Below are positions 38,187 through 46,574 of a stretch of 64,000 nt of DNA, piece after piece (position 1 is the first letter of the stretch; the number at the start of each line of letters is the position of its first letter). Below the pieces are notes generated by a model that saw only the letters and a list, made by a program, of their open reading frames with translations, searched no databases and was not told where the DNA came from. The stretch comes from an uncultured Clostridia bacterium. GTDB taxonomy: Bacteria; Bacillota; Clostridia; Oscillospirales; Acutalibacteraceae. Where the stretch lies: NCBI GenBank assembly GCA_904397205.1, contig CAJFOO010000017.1, forward strand, positions 6,098 through 70,097. Direction: 5' to 3'. A program made the translations under genes and the position numbers.

Positions 38187-38678
38187 ATGGCAAAAACCAT
38201 GAAAATTTTCGCCCTGGGCCTGCTGGCAGGGATCGTTTCCCTGGCGCTGATGGCTTGCAGCTCGTCTCCGGCGGCTTCTTCCGCAGAGGAGGTAAATCTC
38301 TCGGAGATCCTGAGTGAGATTTCTTCGCAGGTGGACGTGCCGTCCATGCTGGCATATGACACGGAGGATCTGTATTCGGCTTACGGCATCCAGGCGGAGG
38401 ACGTAAAGCAGTCGGTGGCCCAGGTGGCGTACGACAGTGTGCGCTCGGACGAAATTGTGATGGTGGAAGCCGTGGACGCGGATGCTGCCGCGCGGGTGAA
38501 GGAATGCCTGGATGGCCAGTATCAGTCCAAGCTGGCTGCCACCCAGTCCTACCAGCCGGATCAATATGCGATTATTCAGCAGTGCGAGGTGCGGCAGCAG
38601 GGGAATTTTGTCACGATGTTCGTTTCCCCCGACGCGGATCAGATGACTTCCATTTTTGACGCGGCGCTTGCTTCATAA
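38187..38678 (+). CDS. DUF4358-like lipoprotein
   Basis: 163-aa ORF. Lipobox LMACSSS. Immediately downstream of the SGNH lipoprotein gene. Family call is from memory. Confidence 0.55.
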   Translation: MAKTMKIFALGLLAGIVSLALMACSSSPAASSAEEVNLSEILSEISSQVDVPSMLAYDTEDLYSAYGIQAEDVKQSVAQVAYDSVRSDEIVMVEAVDADAAARVKECLDGQYQSKLAATQSYQPDQYAIIQQCEVRQQGNFVTMFVSPDADQMTSIFDAALAS

Positions 38679-38695
38679 GAACTGCCTGCTGAAAG

Positions 38696-38731
38696 ACAAA
38701 ACAGGGACGGCTCCGGTCGTCCCTGTTTTTG
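38696..38731. terminator. bidirectional terminator between the DUF4358-like gene and coaX
   Basis: Stem ACAGGGACG / CGTCCCTGT, with an A-run upstream and TTTTT downstream. Confidence 0.8.
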
Positions 38732-38741
38732 TCTTGGGGGG

Positions 38742-39551
38742 TTATGCCTTGCCTTCGCGTTGCCGGGCCGTTTTCTGTTTGCGGTAGATGGATTTCAGCC
38801 CGTTGAGCAGCAGGTGCTCGCAGACATGGATCCGCCGCTGGCAGGCCGGTACGACGATCTCCGCCAGGCTTCCCGTGGCGATCAGGGTGGCGGTATCGCC
38901 CAGCTCCTGTTCGATGCGGGCGGCAACCCCGTCGAGCATGGCGGCGGTGCCGTATACTGCACCTGACTGCATACAATGGATGGTATTCGTCCCAATTACG
39001 GCAGAGGGCTTCTCGATGCTGATATGAGGCAGCAGGGCGGTTTTTGAGGCCAAAGCCTGCAGGTTCAGCGCCAGGCCGGGGCAGATCATGCCGCCGCGGA
39101 ACTGGGCTTGCCGGTCCACTACGCTGATGGTGGTAGCTGTACCCAGGTCAAAGATGATGCAAGGCAGGGGATAGGATTCCACCGCCGCTACTGCGCCGGC
39201 CACCAAATCCGCCCCCAGCTGCGAAGGGGTATCCATGCGGATATTCAGGCCGGTTTTGCTTCCCGGCCCCACAAACAGCGCATGTTTGCCCAGTACCTTC
39301 TGGATCGCCCGGGCAAAAGCCGCATTGATTTCCGGCACGACCGATGCGATCATGACGTCCTGAATCTTTTTTACGGGCACCTCGTACAGCTCCAGAAGCT
39401 GCCGGATCTGTACGGCATATTGATCGTCGGTGCGGGACGGTTCCGTGACAAAGCGGGCCATAAAGGATGGGGTATCCTCAAAATCCTCCCCGGTGCGGCG
39501 GTATCCGCCAAGGGTGATGAGGGAATTGCTGATGTCGATAGTCAGAAGCAT
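38742..39551 (-). CDS. coaX: type III pantothenate kinase
   Basis: The ATG 8 nt after GGAGGA gives MLLTIDISNS. DLGTATT motif. The track TTG start at 39566 lies inside the SD and is rejected. Confidence 0.9.
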   Translation of the reverse strand: MLLTIDISNSLITLGGYRRTGEDFEDTPSFMARFVTEPSRTDDQYAVQIRQLLELYEVPVKKIQDVMIASVVPEINAAFARAIQKVLGKHALFVGPGSKTGLNIRMDTPSQLGADLVAGAVAAVESYPLPCIIFDLGTATTISVVDRQAQFRGGMICPGLALNLQALASKTALLPHISIEKPSAVIGTNTIHCMQSGAVYGTAAMLDGVAARIEQELGDTATLIATGSLAEIVVPACQRRIHVCEHLLLNGLKSIYRKQKTARQREGKA

Positions 39552-39653
39552 AAGGGATTCCTCCAATCGGGATTTCTTCCGTCATTATACCGGAAAACCG
39601 GATGGTTTGGCAAGAAATTTCCTGTAGAGACATAGGGATATGTATGGAGCGGT

Positions 39654-39682
39654 TTGACAAAGGGAATGCTTCATTGTATGAT
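39654..39682 (+). promoter_or_regulatory. sigma-A promoter of murE-murF
   Basis: Consensus TTGACA, 17-nt spacer, TATGAT. Confidence 0.6.
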
Positions 39683-39722
39683 GGGAAAGAAACCCATGGG
39701 ATAGAAAGGCGGCGTGTAGGCT

Positions 39723-41231
39723 ATGGAAAGACAAAACCAGCCCTCTGTGTGGGGGGAGCTGATGCAGGGGATCCCCTATGAGGGGATGGTGGATGCGGAT
39801 ATCCGGGTTTCGGATATTGTGTACGATTCGCGGAAGGTGCAAAAGGGCTGCCTGTTCGTGTGCCTGCGCGGCAGCGCGGCGGACGGCCATCAATTTGCCC
39901 GGCAGGCCGCAAGCCAGGGGGCAGCGGTCATTTTGGCGGAAGAACCAGTGGATGCGCCTGGGGTACCGGTGGCATTGGTAAAAAATACGCGGCAGGCCCT
40001 GGCACGGATTTCCGCCGCGTATTTCGGCCATCCTGCCCGGGAACTGACAACCATTGGCCTGACCGGGACAAAAGGGAAAACGACCATTTCCTATATGACG
40101 CAGGCCATTTTACAGGCAGCGGGATACCGCATGGGATTAGTAGGCACCATTGGGATGGTCATGGATGATCAGGTGATCTCCACCGACAATACTACACCGG
40201 AATCCTATGAGCTGCAAAAATTTTTCCGCCGCCTGGCAGACGCCGGGTACGACGGCGTGATTGTGGAAGCGTCGTCCATTGGGCTGAAAAACTACCGGAC
40301 GGAAGGGTTTGTGTTTGATTACGGCCTGTTCAGCAATTTTTCGGAGGATCACATCGGCGGCAACGAGCACCCCGATATGGAGGATTATCGCAAAAGCAAG
40401 CAGCTTCTGTTCCGCCAGTGCCGACTGGGGATTTTCAACCGCGACGATCCTGCATGGGAGTTTATGAAGGACGGCTGTACCTGTGCCGTGGAAACCTTCG
40501 GGTTTTCGCCGCAGGCGGATTTCCGCGCGGAAAACGAAGCGCTGCTGTCGCATCCCGGGTATTTGGGCGTGTCGTTTACGTTTTGCGCCCAGGGCAAAGC
40601 CTTCCCGGTGCAGGTGGGCATCCCGGGAAAATTCAGTGTATACAATGCACTGGCGGCACTGGCGCTGTGCAACCATTTTCCCAAGGTGAAGCAGGAGCAT
40701 TGCCGGTCCGGCCTGCAAAAGGTAAAAGTGAAAGGCCGGGTGGAGATGGTCCCCGCCGGCGGCCCGTATACGCTGCTGATTGACTATGCCCATAACGCGC
40801 TGAGTATGGAGAGCCTGCTCCGCACCCTGCGGGAATATCATCCGCACCGCTTGGTGTGCCTGTTTGGAGCGGGAGGGAACCGTTCCCGTTCCCGGCGCTT
40901 TGAGATGGGGGAAGTCTGTGGACGGTTGGCAGATCTTTCCGTGCTGACGGCGGATAATTCCCGCTTTGAAGAGGTGACGGACATTCTGGCGGATATCCGG
41001 GTGGGGATGGAAAAAACCAGCGGGAAGTTTGTGGAAATCCCCGACCGGCGGGAAGCAATCCGGTACTGTATCGAGCACGCCGAGCCAGGGGATATTATCG
41101 TTCTGGCGGGCAAAGGGCACGAACCTTATCAGGAAATCCGCGGGGTCAAATATCCCTTTGACGAGCGGGAGATTGTGGCGGAGATCCTGTGTGATTTACC
41201 GGCTAAAAAGGAGGCAAAGCCATGCAGATGA
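39723..41231 (+). CDS. murE: UDP-N-acetylmuramoyl-L-alanyl-D-glutamate--2,6-diaminopimelate ligase
   Basis: 502-aa ORF. GLTGTKGKTT P-loop and the LTADNSRFE (DNPR-like) motif. Confidence 0.9.
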   Translation: MERQNQPSVWGELMQGIPYEGMVDADIRVSDIVYDSRKVQKGCLFVCLRGSAADGHQFARQAASQGAAVILAEEPVDAPGVPVALVKNTRQALARISAAYFGHPARELTTIGLTGTKGKTTISYMTQAILQAAGYRMGLVGTIGMVMDDQVISTDNTTPESYELQKFFRRLADAGYDGVIVEASSIGLKNYRTEGFVFDYGLFSNFSEDHIGGNEHPDMEDYRKSKQLLFRQCRLGIFNRDDPAWEFMKDGCTCAVETFGFSPQADFRAENEALLSHPGYLGVSFTFCAQGKAFPVQVGIPGKFSVYNALAALALCNHFPKVKQEHCRSGLQKVKVKGRVEMVPAGGPYTLLIDYAHNALSMESLLRTLREYHPHRLVCLFGAGGNRSRSRRFEMGEVCGRLADLSVLTADNSRFEEVTDILADIRVGMEKTSGKFVEIPDRREAIRYCIEHAEPGDIIVLAGKGHEPYQEIRGVKYPFDEREIVAEILCDLPAKKEAKPCR

Positions 41232-42604
41232 CCGTGGGGGAAATCGTCCAGGCATGTAAAGGGAAACTGCTTTGTGGGGATCCCAAAACGGTGGTGACCT
41301 CCGTTTGCATCGACAGCCGAAAAGTCAGTGAGGGCGCGCTGTTTGTGCCAATTTGCGGGGAACGCAGCGATGGGCATCAGTACATCCCGTCGGTTCTGGC
41401 GGCTGGCGCGGCCGCCACCTTGACACAGGAACATACCCATGCGGTTGGGGAGGCGGCATGGATCCGGGTGCCCCGCACCGTTGAAGCGCTCCAGCAGATT
41501 GCCGCGGCCTACCGGGATCGGTTTTCCATCCCGCTGATTGGGATTACAGGGAGCGTGGGAAAAACCACTACCAAGGAAATGGTAGCCCTGGCTTTATCGG
41601 CAAAGCATCGGGTGATGAAAACAGCAGGGAATTTCAACAGCCAGATCGGCCTGCCGTTGACATTATTCCAGCTGGAGCCATATCATACGGCGGCGGTGGT
41701 GGAGATGGGGATGAGCGAGTTTGGCGAAATGGAACGCCTGGCCGCGATTGCCCGCCCCACGTCGGCGATCCTGACGAATATCGGGGTTTCGCACATCGAA
41801 AACCTGCATACAAAAGAAAATATCCGTGCGGAAAAGCTGCACATTGCCGATCGGTTTACTTGCGATTCCGTACTCTTTCTCAATGGGGATGATCCCCTTC
41901 TGCAAGCGGTCCCGGATCTCCCCAAGGGGAAAAAAATCCTATACGGCACGGGAGAGCATGCTGCCTATCGGGCTGTCGATATCCGGCGGGAAGGGCAGTC
42001 AACCGTATATACCTTCCTTTGGCCCGGCGGGGAATGCCCGGTGCATCTGCCGGTGTTGGGAAAGCACAATGTCCTTAATTCCCTGGCTGCCCTGGCGGCA
42101 GCGGACTCCCTGGGAGTCGATCCCCTGGCCGCCGCCGGGCAGATTTCCCTGTACACCCCGCCTGCCATGCGGCAGCAGGTGAAGCGCACCGGTTCCCTGA
42201 CGATCCTGGATGATTCCTATAATTCCAGCCCGGATTCCGTCCAGAGCAGCCTGGACGTTTTGCGGGGGCTGGCCGCCCAGGAAGGCGGAAGGCGGGTGGC
42301 CGTGCTGGCCGATATGCTCGAGCTGGGGGATCAGTCGCAGAAGGCCCATTTTGACATGGGGATAGCCGCCGCCCGCATGGGGGTGGATTGGCTGATTGGG
42401 GTGGGGCCAAAGGCCCAGGCTATTGCCGAGGCGGCAAAATGGGCGGGGATCCCCTTGGTGCATTGGTGCGGGGAAACCGAAGAAGCCGTGGAACTGCTGC
42501 GCTCGGGGCTGCATCCCAAAGACTGTGTGTTGGTAAAAGGTTCGCGCGGGATGCATACGGATCGGATTGTGGAAGGATTGCTGACGGATCCTAACTCCAG
42601 ATAA
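41222..42604 (+). CDS. murF: UDP-N-acetylmuramoyl-tripeptide--D-alanyl-D-alanine ligase
   Basis: 460-aa ORF. GITGSVGKTTTKEM P-loop. 10-nt overlap with murE. Confidence 0.9.
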   Translation: MQMTVGEIVQACKGKLLCGDPKTVVTSVCIDSRKVSEGALFVPICGERSDGHQYIPSVLAAGAAATLTQEHTHAVGEAAWIRVPRTVEALQQIAAAYRDRFSIPLIGITGSVGKTTTKEMVALALSAKHRVMKTAGNFNSQIGLPLTLFQLEPYHTAAVVEMGMSEFGEMERLAAIARPTSAILTNIGVSHIENLHTKENIRAEKLHIADRFTCDSVLFLNGDDPLLQAVPDLPKGKKILYGTGEHAAYRAVDIRREGQSTVYTFLWPGGECPVHLPVLGKHNVLNSLAALAAADSLGVDPLAAAGQISLYTPPAMRQQVKRTGSLTILDDSYNSSPDSVQSSLDVLRGLAAQEGGRRVAVLADMLELGDQSQKAHFDMGIAAARMGVDWLIGVGPKAQAIAEAAKWAGIPLVHWCGETEEAVELLRSGLHPKDCVLVKGSRGMHTDRIVEGLLTDPNSR

Positions 42605-42607
42605 GGA

Positions 42608-42637
42608 AAAGGCGGTGGAAAGCCGTCTTTTTTGTTT
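42608..42637 (+). terminator. intrinsic terminator after murF
   Basis: Stem AAAGGCGG / CCGTCTTT (one G-U pair), followed by a T-run. Confidence 0.55.
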
Positions 42638-42670
42638 TGAGGAAGGATTGGGAAAAATTTCGGAGAGGTC

Positions 42671-42699
42671 TTGCGCTTTTTAAAAATTTGTGATAAAAT
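42671..42699 (+). promoter_or_regulatory. sigma-A promoter of the NlpC/P60 gene
   Basis: TTGCGC-17 nt-TAAAAT, with the extended -10 TGATAAAAT. Confidence 0.5.
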
Positions 42700-42734
42700 G
42701 TAACTAATTTGTTACATTTGTAATTTGTTGTAAT
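42699..42734 (+). promoter_or_regulatory. WalR-type direct repeats (four TGTWAH hexamers)
   Basis: TGTAAC-N5-TGTTAC at 42699-42715 fits TGT(A/T)A(A/T/C)-N5-TGT(A/T)A(A/T/C) exactly. Two more TGTAAT hexamers start at 42719 and 42729, giving 9-11 bp phasing. Confidence 0.5.
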
Positions 42735-42790
42735 GAAACCGACAAGTATTTTAAATGGAAAGAAAGCGTATTGATTTGGAGGAAGCATCC

Positions 42791-44029
42791 ATGCGGCGAA
42801 CAAAGAAGATGCTGGCCCTTGCCGTCTCTCTGTTTTTTGTGTTCGGGATGGCGGCGGCCAGTGTTGTATGGGGAGCATCTACCGCACAGGCAGCCAGCGG
42901 GAAAACCGGCACAGGGCTTGCGGAACATGCAGTGAAAGCCTACCAGGAAGGCTGGAAATATAATTATGGTTCTTATGGGGAATTCATCGGCAGTACCCGG
43001 GCGTCGGATTGTACCGGGCTAATCAAGTCCTACCTTTGGTGGACAGACGACAACAGCAACCCCCAAGCGGGTTCGATTGCGGTAGCGGGCGGCGCCAAAG
43101 CGATGCTCACTTCCGCTTCCGAGAGCGGGACTATCGATTATTCCGATCCTTCTTCGCTGCCGCGGGTACACGGTTTGATCCTGTACCAGCCCGGACATGT
43201 AGGAGTGTATGTGGGGAACAATATGGCAGTGGATAACCGGGATGTGGGGCTGGATGTGAAATATGAGCAAGTATTCGGCCGGGCCAAGCCAAAGTGGACA
43301 ACCTGGTTCAAACTGCCCCAGATCGAGTATCCCACCACTGGCTGGGCGGTTTATAACGGCCAGAACTTCTATTATGAAAATGGGGAGTATTTGGTCAGCA
43401 CTACCCGCACTATCGGAGGGGTAACCTATCAATTTGGAGCCGATGGGGTGGCTGTGCAAACTTCCGGAACTGCTGCCGGCATTTCCTCTGCGGCGGAAGA
43501 AACCGCCCCGGAGTCTGTGCCGGAAGAGAGAGAGCAGGTTTCTTCTGCCGTGCGGGAGGAACCGGTTTCCCAGATAGAGCAGACTGCTTCTGCGGCCGTT
43601 GCCCAAGCAGGAGTTGGCGGTACGGCCGTCTCCGATCCGGTTTCGGAAGAAAATCCCTCGGCACAGGGAACGGGTACGGTTTCGGCTGGACAGGGGCAGA
43701 CGGCAGATTCTTCCGCAGTATCCGATCCAGCCGTCTCGCAGGGGAGCACCAGCCAAGCCGGCCTGACAGTCAGCCAGCCGGACGCGCAGGCTGTTTCTGA
43801 GGGTTCGGCTTCGGTGGAGGAACTTCCCAAAGCTGCCGCCAATCCAATTTCTTTAGGGGAAGCCTCGCAGACTGTGCGGGGGATGAGCAGTTTTCTGGCA
43901 GCTATGATTGTTTTCCTCACCATGGGGATTGGGATCCTGATAGGCTGGCCCATTTGGAGCCGGCAGAAACGTTCGGGACGATCCCGGCCGCAGGACCGCT
44001 TTTTCCGCCATCAGCGCAATAAATTATAA
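42791..44029 (+). CDS. secreted NlpC/P60-family peptidoglycan hydrolase with cell-wall-binding repeat and C-terminal membrane anchor
   Basis: Start at the internal ATG after GGAGGA (MRRTKKMLALAVSLFFV signal peptide). Catalytic-type ASDCTGLIKSY and GHVGVYVG. A YYENGEY / GVTYQFGADGVA repeat. An S/A/E/Q-rich linker, then a TM helix and a basic tail. Confidence 0.7.
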   Translation: MRRTKKMLALAVSLFFVFGMAAASVVWGASTAQAASGKTGTGLAEHAVKAYQEGWKYNYGSYGEFIGSTRASDCTGLIKSYLWWTDDNSNPQAGSIAVAGGAKAMLTSASESGTIDYSDPSSLPRVHGLILYQPGHVGVYVGNNMAVDNRDVGLDVKYEQVFGRAKPKWTTWFKLPQIEYPTTGWAVYNGQNFYYENGEYLVSTTRTIGGVTYQFGADGVAVQTSGTAAGISSAAEETAPESVPEEREQVSSAVREEPVSQIEQTASAAVAQAGVGGTAVSDPVSEENPSAQGTGTVSAGQGQTADSSAVSDPAVSQGSTSQAGLTVSQPDAQAVSEGSASVEELPKAAANPISLGEASQTVRGMSSFLAAMIVFLTMGIGILIGWPIWSRQKRSGRSRPQDRFFRHQRNKL

Positions 44030-44049
44030 TTCAGATGATAAAAACAAAA

Positions 44050-44087
44050 AACTTCCCAATCCATTTGGGAGTTTTTTGTTTTTTTGT
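44050..44087 (+). terminator. intrinsic terminator after the NlpC/P60 gene
   Basis: Stem CTTCCCAA / TTGGGAG, followed by TTTTTTGTTTTTTT. Confidence 0.65.
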
Positions 44088-44264
44088 TGTTTTTGTGTAT
44101 GGTTCTTTAGGGAATGTGTGGCGGGAAAAAATCCAAACCGCATGGCTTCGGACAGCAATAACAAGAATTACCGCCGGCGTGTACAATTGCCAAAATAAAA
44201 AAGTGAGGAACTGCCATTCTAGTCAGTGCAGCATATTTTTGTGCGCAGGAAAGGTGGGAAAAAC

Positions 44265-45506
44265 ATGAAAAAATTATTTCGCGCATTAAGCGGATGTTTT
44301 GCTGCCGCCGCTGTGACCATAGGGCTTTTGGCGGGCGCAGTGGGCGCCGCTTTACCGGATGCCTATCAGGTTACGTCGGGGTCTTCTTTTGAGGTAGCCG
44401 CCATGGGGATGCCGGTCCAGGTGCAGCGGCAGGAAGGGACGGAAATGGTCAACGGGACTGCTGATGCAGTTGCAGACGGTTCCTATACTGCCCAGCTCCG
44501 CTTATTTGATTGTATCCCGGTGAAAACCGTACAGGTAAATGTGGTGGAAGAAACCGAGGTTATCCCTTGCGGTACTCCGTTCGGGATTAAAATGTTTACC
44601 AACGGCGTGGTGGTCGTGGGAACTTCGGATTTGGAGACCGAGGAAGGCATAGTCAACCCGGCAATTGTTGCGGGGATCCGCACCGGGGATGTGATCCTTT
44701 CTATCGACGGGGAATCCGTTAACCAGAACGAAGAGGTAGCCCGTATTGTGGAAGAAAGCGGGGGGGAACCGTTGCAGCTCACAGTACAAAGGGAAACCAA
44801 GACGTTTACTGCCACGCTGCAGCCCGTGCTCCCGTTAGGGGAGACTGCCTATAAAGGGGGGCTTTGGGTGCGGGACAGCACAGCGGGGATTGGCACCATT
44901 ACGTTTTATGATCCGCAGGCCCAGGTTTTTGGAGGGTTGGGCCATGGCATCTGCGACGTGGATACCCGTGAACTATTGCCTATGCGCAGCGGGGAGATTG
45001 TCCCCGTAACCATCCATGACGTGGTGAAAGGACAGTCCGGCGCCGCCGGAGAGCTGCGCGGATATTTTACCAGCGATACAGCTTCGGGCTTCCTGCTTTC
45101 CAACGAGGAGACGGGGGTATATGGCCGCATGGAATCTTCCCCTGTGCAGCAGCAAGCCGTACCGGTAGCGATGAAACAAGAGGTGCGTACCGGCGCCGCA
45201 CAGATATTATCCACGGTTTCGGGAGATAGCCCGGAATATTATGATATTGAAATTTTGTCCATTGATTACCAGAGCGGCAGTGCCGTGAAAAACATGGTCA
45301 TCCAGGTGACGGACGCCGACCTGCTGGAAAAAACCGGCGGGATTGTACAGGGGATGAGCGGCAGCCCTATCTTACAAAATGGAAAATTGGTAGGGGCGGT
45401 AACGCACGTTTTCCTTCAGGACGCCACCCAGGGATACGCAATTTTTGCAGAAAATATGCTTTCTGCGGCGGAAAATCTGGATGATTCTGTGGCAAAAGCC
45501 TCGTAA
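44265..45506 (+). CDS. spoIVB: SpoIVB peptidase (S55)
   Basis: An internal ATG gives MKKLFRALSGCF. PDZ-like GDVILSIDGESV. Serine-protease block GIVQGMSGSPILQNGKLVGAVTH. Confidence 0.85.
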   Translation: MKKLFRALSGCFAAAAVTIGLLAGAVGAALPDAYQVTSGSSFEVAAMGMPVQVQRQEGTEMVNGTADAVADGSYTAQLRLFDCIPVKTVQVNVVEETEVIPCGTPFGIKMFTNGVVVVGTSDLETEEGIVNPAIVAGIRTGDVILSIDGESVNQNEEVARIVEESGGEPLQLTVQRETKTFTATLQPVLPLGETAYKGGLWVRDSTAGIGTITFYDPQAQVFGGLGHGICDVDTRELLPMRSGEIVPVTIHDVVKGQSGAAGELRGYFTSDTASGFLLSNEETGVYGRMESSPVQQQAVPVAMKQEVRTGAAQILSTVSGDSPEYYDIEILSIDYQSGSAVKNMVIQVTDADLLEKTGGIVQGMSGSPILQNGKLVGAVTHVFLQDATQGYAIFAENMLSAAENLDDSVAKAS

Positions 45507-45582
45507 TCCGAAAAAAAGGATGGCAAATCTTCCGGCTTCCTATATTTTTCCCCTAAACCCCTAAAAAAATTTTTACCAACTA

Positions 45583-45611
45583 TTGCTATTTTTACCATTA
45601 TATGGTAAAAT
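45583..45611 (+). promoter_or_regulatory. sigma-A type promoter of spo0A
   Basis: TTGCTA-17 nt-TAAAAT, with TGG immediately upstream of the -10. 44 nt upstream of the spo0A ATG. Confidence 0.55.
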
Positions 45612-45654
45612 CAGAGTGACAAAACCATTACAGAATATTACAGGGGGATAAACC

Positions 45655-46413
45655 ATGGAAAAACAATTAAAATTGCTGATTTCAGAGGAAAACAATGAGT
45701 GGAGCCGGGAAGCGGGACGGGTATTTCAGGAGATGGGGCTGGATCCTATCTATGTCCGAAAAGACGGGCTGCAGGTCTTGGAAAAAATTGAAGAGGAGCG
45801 CCCCGATTTGGTGCTCATGGATTTGTTCATGCCCGGGCTCGATGCGATTGGCGTGATCCATGCAGCAAAAAAATCCCTTGGGGAAGAAAGCCCCCGTTTC
45901 TTTGTCAAATCGGCATTCAGCAGCGCCACCCTCGAACGGGAAGTGATGGTCAGCGGGGCGTCCTATTTTACCATCTGTCCCTTCCAGCCGGAGGATCTGG
46001 CGCAGCGGATGCTCCAGTTTTGTGCGCATGAACAAGAACAAGCCCAGGAAAACGAAGCCGATCTGGAGATCCAGGTGACGCAGATCCTCCACCAGATTGG
46101 GGTGCCTGCACACATTAAAGGCTATCATTATCTGCGCGACTCGATCATTATGGCAATCGAAAACCCGGATATCATCAATGCGGTTACGAAACAGCTCTAT
46201 CCTTCGGTAGCGAAACGGTATGAAACAACGTCGTCGCGGGTAGAGCGCGCGATCCGCCATGCCATTGAAGTGGCTTGGGATCGCGGGGATGTGGATATCT
46301 TAAATTCCTATTTTGGATACACCATCCACAATACCCGCGGCAAGCCGACCAACAGCGAGTTTATCGCCATGATCAGCGACAAGCTGCGCTTGCAGATGAA
46401 AACCGCCAGCTAA
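45655..46413 (+). CDS. spo0A: sporulation master regulator Spo0A
   Basis: 252-aa ORF. Receiver domain (DLVLMDLFMPGLDAIGV). The Spo0A-specific DNA-binding domain HQIGVPAHIKGYHYLRDSI and SRVERAIRHAIEVAW. Confidence 0.95.
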   Translation: MEKQLKLLISEENNEWSREAGRVFQEMGLDPIYVRKDGLQVLEKIEEERPDLVLMDLFMPGLDAIGVIHAAKKSLGEESPRFFVKSAFSSATLEREVMVSGASYFTICPFQPEDLAQRMLQFCAHEQEQAQENEADLEIQVTQILHQIGVPAHIKGYHYLRDSIIMAIENPDIINAVTKQLYPSVAKRYETTSSRVERAIRHAIEVAWDRGDVDILNSYFGYTIHNTRGKPTNSEFIAMISDKLRLQMKTAS

Positions 46414-46423
46414 GCATATGGAG

Positions 46424-46485
46424 CCATCGGTGCATGGGTGTTTTCTGCATTTTGAGCAGAAAGCCCAAAGCCCCGATGGTTTTTT
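46424..46485 (+). terminator. intrinsic terminator after spo0A
   Basis: Outer stem CCATCGG / CCGATGG enclosing the TTCTGC / GCAGAA hairpin, followed by TTTTTT. Confidence 0.55.
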
Positions 46486-46574
46486 GGTGTTTTTTTGTCT
46501 TGCAAAGCACGGGTAAAAGGTGTATGCTGGGAACAAATCAAGGAATGGGAAAGCCCCAGGAAGGATGGACCAGT

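Noticed and set aside
44150-44264. Forespore-type (sigma-F/sigma-G) promoter upstream of spoIVB.
   Set aside because: A -10-like CATTCTA is present (about 44213-44219), but no acceptable GHATR -35 lies at 15-18 nt. This is too weak to report as a feature.
45519-45640. Sigma-H promoter for spo0A.
   Set aside because: An AAAGGA -35-like element and a separate ACAGAATAT -10-like element exist, but they are about 100 nt apart. Neither has a partner at the required spacing of 11-14 nt.
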